Below are positions 57,693 to 64,000 of a DNA stretch of 64,000 bases, piece by piece. Source of the DNA: Patescibacteria group bacterium (GTDB lineage Bacteria > Patescibacteriota > Minisyncoccia > Phycocordibacterales > GCA-2747955); contig JBLYPV010000001.1 of assembly GCA_048538215.1 (NCBI GenBank), forward strand, positions 467,850-531,849. Reading direction: 5' to 3'. The notes under the pieces are model-generated. The model was not told the origin of the DNA. It saw only the letters and a list, made by a program, of their open reading frames with translations, and made no database searches. Both the position numbers and the translations under genes were made by a program. The number at the start of each line of letters is the position of its first letter. Position 1 is the first letter of the stretch.

Positions 57693-57721
57693 AAGAGCCC
57701 GCGCCTTCGGCGCGGGCTCTT
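57693..57721. terminator. GC-rich hairpin between convergent genes
   Basis: AAGAGCCCGCGCC-TTC-GGCGCGGGCTCTT. Confidence 0.6.
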
Positions 57722-57769
57722 ATCTATGAGATTTTATTTAAAACAAGAAGCCAGACACCCCAGATAAAA

Positions 57770-58798
57770 TTACTTGCGTATCATTTTGAGAATCTGCTTG
57801 AAATAAGCGCGCCCTATATACGGGTAATACCACCAAGAAGTAGGCAAATCATAGCGGGGATAATGCAAGAGCTTTTCCCCACCAAAGCCGAGCTTGAATT
57901 GATTGAGCCCGGCTAAGGATGCGTCATCTTCTCCCACACTAATACCACCCCAATTAAAATCTTGAATACCTTGCTCCTTGAGATGCTTGATAATCTCCCA
58001 TTTGATAAAGTAGTAAGCACCTAATTCGCGCTTGCCTCGCTCGGTGCTGGCTCCATAGGGGCAATAGGCGTGCTTGCCAAAGATAGTGATGATATTGATA
58101 GCGTGGATTTCTTGCTCGCTGTCTCGCACCACCGCTACAAATGATTTTTTGTTGCCCGCGAGCGCTTCAAAAAGTATTTTAAAATGAGTATCACTATGAG
58201 TAGTGGTGTGGTGAGCTTGAGTAGTGGCTTGATTGATACAGATAAAATCATCACGAGAGCCAAGTAGATCATTGCCGTAAGCAAATTCTATAGATAGATT
58301 ATTTTTTTGTGAGGCAGTAATATTTCGTCGAGTACTTTTAGAGCACTTGTGCCAGAGAGTATCAATTGGGGCTTTGAGATTTAATAGTGCTTCACCTTCG
58401 GCTTGAGCAAAGCTTGTTGTATTAGGATAGGGGGCTTGGCGAAAAGCTTGATGAGGGCGAGGAAGCTCGAGCCGGAGGAATATAAGCTTGTGACGAGAGG
58501 CATAATCACGCAAAAAATTGGCGAGCTCATCAAGGATAGTGTCATCCGGAGAGCTAAGCCATACAGGGCCGTACGGAATATCTGCAAGTTTTAAGCCATA
58601 GCCGAGGGGATAATGAATGATTGCAAAGTAGCCGATGATTTTTTTGCTTGATTCTTCTTCGATGATAAGGTGCTCCGCATCACGATTGAGCTTGTGCTGG
58701 AAATCTAGATACTCCAAGCTATGTTGCCAGTGAGCAATATCCAATCGTGCCCATTCTCCTGAAGGTGCTGTGCGAAATATATAGCGAGGGCTTGTCAT
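57770..58798 (-). CDS. FemAB/FemX-family peptidoglycan bridge aminoacyltransferase
   Basis: IPYGPV, STRRNI, YGAS, FNWGG, GLNQFKLGFGG. Confidence 0.88.
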   Translation of the reverse strand: MTSPRYIFRTAPSGEWARLDIAHWQHSLEYLDFQHKLNRDAEHLIIEEESSKKIIGYFAIIHYPLGYGLKLADIPYGPVWLSSPDDTILDELANFLRDYASRHKLIFLRLELPRPHQAFRQAPYPNTTSFAQAEGEALLNLKAPIDTLWHKCSKSTRRNITASQKNNLSIEFAYGNDLLGSRDDFICINQATTQAHHTTTHSDTHFKILFEALAGNKKSFVAVVRDSEQEIHAINIITIFGKHAYCPYGASTERGKRELGAYYFIKWEIIKHLKEQGIQDFNWGGISVGEDDASLAGLNQFKLGFGGEKLLHYPRYDLPTSWWYYPYIGRAYFKQILKMIRK

Positions 58799-58869
58799 AT
58801 CTATAGAGTATAGCAAATACCAAGCAGGTGTATCTAGGGGCCAATACTGGGGTATGCAGACTATTTATA

Positions 58870-58913
58870 ATTTATGGTAAAAGTTGTCCAGCTGGACAAC
58901 TTTTACCATAAAT
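58870..58913. repeat. Family B palindrome, copy 3 (perfect 44 bp)
   Basis: ATTTATGGTAAAAGTTGTCCAG|CTGGACAACTTTTACCATAAAT. Confidence 0.92.
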
Positions 58914-59106
58914 CGTTGAAATAATTTAAGGCTTATTCCTAGAGCGGATGAGCTTGCTATTCTAAGGTTTTAAGTTAAGTGATGTACTTAAAAGCCAAAG
59001 GCCTGAAATATGCATTTTTATATTACAAATCCCACTTTTCTAGTATCTTTGTGTATAAGTAGCGCTCTTGTATGCTTCGTTCGCGTGTATAATTATGAGA
59101 AGTAGT

Positions 59107-61278
59107 ATGTCATTTTTTGCCGCTAATCATCAGGAGCGACCGAAAGCAGGAAATGTCCGAATTATCGGGCTCTTTGCTTGTGCTCTGCTCTTGCCTGTGC
59201 TCGCTTTTGCACAGCAATCGGCTCCTCCGGGCAATAATACCGATCCACCTATCAATACGGGGAGCGCCTCACAGATAAAGGCAGGAGGGCTGAGCCTCGG
59301 CTCTTTAGTAGTAGAAGGGGGTATTATTTTTGAGGGCAATCTGGGGATTGGCACTAGTGGGCCAGCTAGTAGCCCGCTTGAGGTAGTGGGCAGTGCGGTG
59401 AGTATTATTTTTGGTCAGAATGATAATCCAGCTTATCAAGCCCAGCTTATAAGTGGTGATTCTTTCTATGGCTTTCGTGATGGTGATGGGGCTAGCACCT
59501 TGAGCATCTTGCAATCCAATGGCTCTGTGGGTATCGGCACTACTACTCCATTACAAAAATTACACGTAGATGGCAATCTGGCGCTTACTACAGGGCAACA
59601 CATTTATTTTGGAGGCACTAGTGGGCAAGACCTGTATGGTGATGGAGCCACAGCACTTTATTTTGATTCTGCAAGTGCCAACACGGCATATTTTCTTATG
59701 CGTAATTCAGTCAATGCTCCTCTGGGCTATTTGTATGGAGACAACACAGGTAATTTTGGCTTACTTGATGCAGATGGCAATTGGGCTATCCAAAGTGATA
59801 CCGACGCCAACATCAATTTCCGAGTAAACAACGATGAAAAAATGCGCATCCTCTCGAGTGGCAATGTGGGGATTGGGACAGCGAGTCCCGGATTGAAATT
59901 TGATGTATCAAATACATCAAATCAAGCTAATTTGGGAGTTATCCGTACAGATGGCAAATGGGCTACCCTATATGCAGGTTCTGGATTTTCAGGGATAGGG
60001 TTTGATAATTCAGGATATTTCAATATTAGTCCAGAATCTTCTCGTACCGGAACTACGGCAGGCGGAGGGTTGACTATTAATAATCTGGGCTCTGTCGGCA
60101 TCGGCACCACAGCTCCCAGCGCAGGGCTCAAGCTAGATGTGGCAGGCAAGGTAGGAGCTACAGAGTATTGTGATGCAGATGGAGCTAATTGTACCCTTGC
60201 TGCTAGCTTGGGGGGAGGCGATAATTTGGGCAATCACACTGCCACTCAAAATCTTGTACTTGGAAACAATAGTATCACTGGCATCGGAGAGCTTCAATTT
60301 AATAGTGGAAGCAATCATAGTATTACCTCAAATGCTGCTGGGCTTATTTTTGATGGGGGTGACGGTACTCCTGACTTTTTAATCTACGATAATCAATCAT
60401 ACACCAACAATCTTATGCTAGGATATAATGGCACAGCTATTCTCTCTACCTACGACACCAATGAAGACCTGCAGATATCTGCTAATGGTACGGGGATAGT
60501 AGATATCAATGATAGTGTAGATATTTCAGGTGAACTCACCCTCTCTTCTGCTCGAAAGATCAATTTTGGTAGCCAGGAATTGTATGGAGATAATAACACT
60601 CATTTATACTTTGATTCTAATAATGTTAGTATTGCAAGTTTTATGCTCCGTAATTCCAATAATGCAGTTATCGGTTCACTTCATGGGACTAATACTGGTA
60701 TGTTTGGATTATTAAATGGTTATGGCAATTGGATCATTCAATCAAATCTCGATGACAATATCAATTTTCAGGTATCTAATAGTGAAAAAATGCGCATTGA
60801 TTCTGCTGGACAAGTGCAAATTGCTACCACTACCGCTACCTCATCACTCAAGCTTGCGGTAGATGGCAAGGTAGGAGCTACCGAGTATTGTGATGAAAAT
60901 GGAAATTATTGTAGATCACTAGCTGCTGGCTGGCCATTTATCAGCTCACCGATAGCACATCCTGGAAATGGTAATGCTATTGTAGTAAATCATAATTTAC
61001 CCGCTGCCCCCAATGAAGTCCAGGTAGATATAGTAAATGTAGCAGCTAGCGGTGTATTTGACGGTGGATATACCACGGGGGAACGTATTTATAATGTACC
61101 GAGCTTGTCTCAAACAAATGACGGTCTTCACCAGATGGGAATAGTAGTGATGACAGATAATAGTAGTCAGATAAAAATGAGAGTCTCTTCTCTGGGTTTT
61201 TTTATGGTGCAAAAAGATAGCGGTGCTCCATTTAGGTTGGATCCTACTAAGTGGAGCTTTATCGTTAAAGCCCGGTAA
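59107..61278 (+). CDS. Secreted tail-fibre-like surface protein with G.VGIGT repeats and internal duplication
   Basis: Signal peptide, PP.NN..PPIN.G...Q.K.G.L motif, four G.(V/L)GIGT repeats, GKVGATEYCD twice. Confidence 0.75.
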   Translation: MSFFAANHQERPKAGNVRIIGLFACALLLPVLAFAQQSAPPGNNTDPPINTGSASQIKAGGLSLGSLVVEGGIIFEGNLGIGTSGPASSPLEVVGSAVSIIFGQNDNPAYQAQLISGDSFYGFRDGDGASTLSILQSNGSVGIGTTTPLQKLHVDGNLALTTGQHIYFGGTSGQDLYGDGATALYFDSASANTAYFLMRNSVNAPLGYLYGDNTGNFGLLDADGNWAIQSDTDANINFRVNNDEKMRILSSGNVGIGTASPGLKFDVSNTSNQANLGVIRTDGKWATLYAGSGFSGIGFDNSGYFNISPESSRTGTTAGGGLTINNLGSVGIGTTAPSAGLKLDVAGKVGATEYCDADGANCTLAASLGGGDNLGNHTATQNLVLGNNSITGIGELQFNSGSNHSITSNAAGLIFDGGDGTPDFLIYDNQSYTNNLMLGYNGTAILSTYDTNEDLQISANGTGIVDINDSVDISGELTLSSARKINFGSQELYGDNNTHLYFDSNNVSIASFMLRNSNNAVIGSLHGTNTGMFGLLNGYGNWIIQSNLDDNINFQVSNSEKMRIDSAGQVQIATTTATSSLKLAVDGKVGATEYCDENGNYCRSLAAGWPFISSPIAHPGNGNAIVVNHNLPAAPNEVQVDIVNVAASGVFDGGYTTGERIYNVPSLSQTNDGLHQMGIVVMTDNSSQIKMRVSSLGFFMVQKDSGAPFRLDPTKWSFIVKAR

Positions 61279-61302
61279 AGTTTGTAGCTTGATGATGGGG
61301 GA

Positions 61303-61338
61303 TGAGGAGGGCGGGGCCAAAGGCCCCGCCCTCTTCCT
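61303..61338 (+). terminator. Hairpin after the fibre gene
   Basis: GAGGAGGGCGGGGCC-AAA-GGCCCCGCCCTCTTC followed by T residues. Confidence 0.55.
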
Positions 61339-61469
61339 TTCAATCCTTAAAAATCAAGGATTGAAAGGATTAAGATTTCTAAGCCCTACAAATGGGAGAA
61401 TAATCACCCCCCATTTATACACAAGCCCCCACTTATCAAACACCCAATAATTAGCTACTATAAAGCTAT

Positions 61470-61919
61470 ATGAAACACATACTCAAAAACACCACACTCG
61501 TCTTGGGAGGTATTGCCCTTGCTATAGGCAGTATGGTATTCGCTGCTACCTGGCAAGGCACTGATACTATTCAAAATGGACAAATCATAGAAGCAGATGT
61601 TATTAAAGATAATTTTGATTATTTGTATGAGCTAGTAGGGGAAGTGAAAGCTAGTTGTAGTGGAGGAGGAAGTATTATCCTAGGAAAGAACCCTATTACG
61701 GGTGAAAATATCACTCAATCACTACCAGCTAATGGAGGAGAGCATCTACAAGTAGCAGGAGCAGATGGAACAGTATACCAGTGTCTTGATGGTAGCTGGA
61801 ACGCTATCAATATGGGCTCAGGAGCAACATCTAATAATCCATGTCCTCCTGGACAGCAATTGGTGAATTCTGGTGGTGGGATGATGGTATGTAATCCAGG
61901 CGCTGGAGGCCCACAATAA
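61470..61919 (+). CDS. Small secreted Cys/Gly-rich protein
   Basis: Signal peptide; GQIIEADVIKDNFDYL motif. Confidence 0.65.
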   Translation: MKHILKNTTLVLGGIALAIGSMVFAATWQGTDTIQNGQIIEADVIKDNFDYLYELVGEVKASCSGGGSIILGKNPITGENITQSLPANGGEHLQVAGADGTVYQCLDGSWNAINMGSGATSNNPCPPGQQLVNSGGGMMVCNPGAGGPQ

Positions 61920-62023
61920 AAAGGGCAAGCCAAGCCCACAGAGACTCGCAACAAAAGCAAAACAAGCGCTTTGTTTTTGTTTTATTCTAAGAATGTGAGG
62001 ATGTTTGCTTTATTTCGATAGAG

Positions 62024-62067
62024 AAAATGGTAAAAGCTGTCCGAGCTCGGACAGCTTTTACCATTTT
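62024..62067. repeat. Family B palindrome, copy 4 (perfect 44 bp, compensatory change)
   Basis: AAAATGGTAAAAGCTGTCCGAG|CTCGGACAGCTTTTACCATTTT. Confidence 0.92.
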
Positions 62068-62170
62068 TGTTTTCTCTCTCTTATTCTAATCTAAGTAGCA
62101 GACAAGCTTAAGGAGGCAGGGCTATATATGCTATAATAGGCGCACCATATATTTAATATAAAATAGCAAT

Positions 62171-62701
62171 ATGACAGATTACAATACTTTATACACCCCT
62201 GGAGATATTGATAAAGGAATGATTAATACAGTGATAGAAATCCCCCAAGGGTCGATGCATAAAATAGAATACAATCGAGAGCTGGGCACCTTTGAATTGG
62301 ATCGAGTAGAGCCAGGTATTTTTGCTAAGCCGACTAATTATGGCTTTATTCCCGCCACCCTTGATGATGATGGCGATGAGCTCGATACTCTCGTGGTAGT
62401 AGGAGAGCCACTGCCTCTGGGAGTGGTGGTACGGGCTCGAGTAATAGGTATTCTTGAATTTGAGGATGATGGTGAAATGGATCATAAGGTAATCTGCGTG
62501 CCTGCTGATGATAGACACGAAGGATCTCGTATCCAATCAATAGATGATTTGGGAGAAGTGTGGAAGCAGAAGATAGAGCATCATTTTACCCACTATAAAG
62601 ATCTCAAAAAGCCTGGAAGCACCAAAGTGCTTGGCTTTGGAGATGTGGGCAAAGCCAAAGAGGTGATACAGGAATGTATTGATCGCTGGCAGAATCGCTA
62701 G
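62171..62701 (+). CDS. ppa: Family I inorganic pyrophosphatase
   Basis: IEIP.GS..KIE, LDR, NYGFIP.T..DDGDELD, DHK, FTHYKDL. Confidence 0.96.
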   Translation: MTDYNTLYTPGDIDKGMINTVIEIPQGSMHKIEYNRELGTFELDRVEPGIFAKPTNYGFIPATLDDDGDELDTLVVVGEPLPLGVVVRARVIGILEFEDDGEMDHKVICVPADDRHEGSRIQSIDDLGEVWKQKIEHHFTHYKDLKKPGSTKVLGFGDVGKAKEVIQECIDRWQNR

Positions 62702-62757
62702 GATTATTCTCCCGTGTAGACACGATCCTCACTGCTCGTCTACCAGCCCCCCACTTG

Positions 62758-62789
62758 AGTATTTATTTGCACCTGACACTAAATACTAC
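62758..62789 (-). repeat. Family A palindrome, copy 4
   Basis: AGTATTTATTTGCACCTGACACTAAATACTAC. Confidence 0.9.
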
Positions 62790-62854
62790 ATTGCATACAC
62801 AAGCCCTTAATGAGGGCTTGTGTATTTTTGTGTAGGATAGGAATAATGAGGGGC

Positions 62855-62928
62855 AGAGGCGAAGGAAAGAATATAGAGAAAAAAAGAGTATAGAGGCGAA
62901 GGAAAGAATATAGAGAAAAAAAGAGTAT
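62855..62928 (+). repeat. 37-bp purine-rich direct tandem duplication
   Basis: AGAGGCGAAGGAAAGAATATAGAGAAAAAAAGAGTAT twice. Confidence 0.85.
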
Positions 62929-62948
62929 AGAGAAAAAAGCTGGAGGGG

Positions 62949-62982
62949 GTAGTATTTAGTGTCAGGTGCAAATAAATACTAC
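62949..62982 (+). repeat. Family A palindrome, copy 5
   Basis: Consensus copy extended by GAGGGG/CCCCTC. Confidence 0.92.
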
Positions 62983-63134
62983 CCCCTCAAGTTTTTCGCT
63001 ACGTGCAACGCTTGTTTGGATGCAGAATGAGGGAATTGTGAGGGAAAATAAAAAATATATTACATAGCTCTATATAATATCAATGCCAACTTATTCATTT
63101 ACAGCTGGAGCAAATAAGGCTAGTATAATATAGT

Positions 63135-63719
63135 ATGTTATACAAGGATACAAAACGTATAGGCAAACAGGAGATGGCTCTTTTGGAGGAAATCAATGCT
63201 GGAGATGTGGTCTTTGGATTCCTTACATCTGGTGGATCTACGACGATTGCCTATCGGCAAGCCAAGCGGCGCGCTTATAGACGCAAAGAGGATTGTAGGA
63301 AGCAGGATATCCTTCGGAGACTCAAGCGCCTTGAAGAGAAAAATTTAATTTGTATAGAGCAAGTATCAAGCAAAGAGCGCCGGGCACAACTCACCGAAGA
63401 AGGCCAGGTACAGCTATCCAAACAAAAACTCATAGAGCAATATGCCTCGTATCACAAATCATACAAATGGGATGGGGTATGGCGAATAGTAATGTTTGAT
63501 ATTCCACAAGAACAGCGAAGATATCGCTATGCCTTGCGTCATCTATTACAAGAATGTGGCTTTGTACAAGTACAGCAGAGCGTATATGTTGCTCCCTATC
63601 CTTGTAGGGTGCTCAAAGAGTATATTGCAAACAATCGTATCATTGGTAGCTATGTGCACATTGTCAAAGGAGAGTATGTGGGAGATGATATGCGCTTGCG
63701 GAAGGAATTCGGCATATAA
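63135..63719 (+). CDS. PaaX-like protein: winged-HTH plus Cas2-like domain, no PaaX C-terminal domain
   Basis: LKRLEEKNLI...AQLTEEG wHTH wing; WDGVWRIVMFDIP...R..LR..L...GF.QVQQSVY. Confidence 0.85.
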   Translation: MLYKDTKRIGKQEMALLEEINAGDVVFGFLTSGGSTTIAYRQAKRRAYRRKEDCRKQDILRRLKRLEEKNLICIEQVSSKERRAQLTEEGQVQLSKQKLIEQYASYHKSYKWDGVWRIVMFDIPQEQRRYRYALRHLLQECGFVQVQQSVYVAPYPCRVLKEYIANNRIIGSYVHIVKGEYVGDDMRLRKEFGI

Positions 63720-63806
63720 AAGTGGTAAGCAGGAGGAAAAAAAGCTCTGTACCGGCTTCAAAATAAGAAAAGAAAGGATGCTTATTTAGCGCTAAAAATG
63801 ATAGGG

Positions 63807-63840
63807 GTAGTATTTAGTGTCAGGTGTAAATAAATACTAC
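63807..63840 (+). repeat. Family A palindrome, copy 6
   Basis: GTAGTATTTAGTGTCAGGTGTAAATAAATACTAC. Confidence 0.92.
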
Positions 63841-63922
63841 TTTTGGTTGTTTGTGTGGTGGAGAGATTGGGGAGAGGTGGGAATGTCTTGGTGTGGTGTT
63901 TGGTGTGAGGGAATATGGGGGG

Positions 63923-63956
63923 GTAGTATTTAGTGTCAGGTGCAAATAAATACTAC
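63923..63956 (+). repeat. Family A palindrome, copy 7
   Basis: GTAGTATTTAGTGTCAGGTGCAAATAAATACTAC. Confidence 0.92.
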
Positions 63957-64000
63957 CTTTGGGGGGTGGGCGTATTGTGGCTATAGCCGAGCTGGGCGAG

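Noticed and set aside
59107-61278. Prophage tail fibre or DGR target
   Set aside because: It has a signal peptide and no phage genes or reverse transcriptase nearby; the duplications are not adenine-specific variants.
1564-63789. Many antisense or out-of-frame ORFs nested in recognised genes (e.g. 12370-12897, 29805-30395, 46961-47521)
   Set aside because: Shadow ORFs of well-supported CDSs with no motifs.
63807-63956. CRISPR array beside a Cas2-like gene
   Set aside because: Only two adjacent direct copies, an 82-bp low-complexity interval, mixed orientations elsewhere and no cas1. It cannot be fully excluded beyond the window edge.

Overview
This is the replication-origin region (rnpA-rpmH-dnaA-oriC-dnaN) of a small-genome bacterium. 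Gene content and streamlined proteins (trigger factor without PPIase domain, short HolA, pilB/pilin, ComM, PaaX/Cas2-like protein) suggest Patescibacteria/Parcubacteria; this is inference. The window is mostly housekeeping genes (mutM, xth, cca, polA, ruvB/C, murB, PBP1A, clpB, metG, ppa) with 3 tRNAs and several accessory surface-protein loci. Unexplained structure: (1) a 34-bp GTAG...CTAC imperfect palindrome in 7 copies, four around a stand-alone wHTH+Cas2-like (PaaX-like) gene, two bracketing a type IV pilin gene in inverted orientation and one next to an ECF-sigma promoter; (2) a second ~40-47-bp palindrome family in 4 copies that brackets two accessory surface-protein cassettes; (3) a cluster of parS-like sites written into the cca coding sequence; (4) a ~450-nt structured RNA candidate; (5) tRNA-Lys-derived 108-bp tandem repeats. 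All product calls come from motif recognition by eye; no database search was run.
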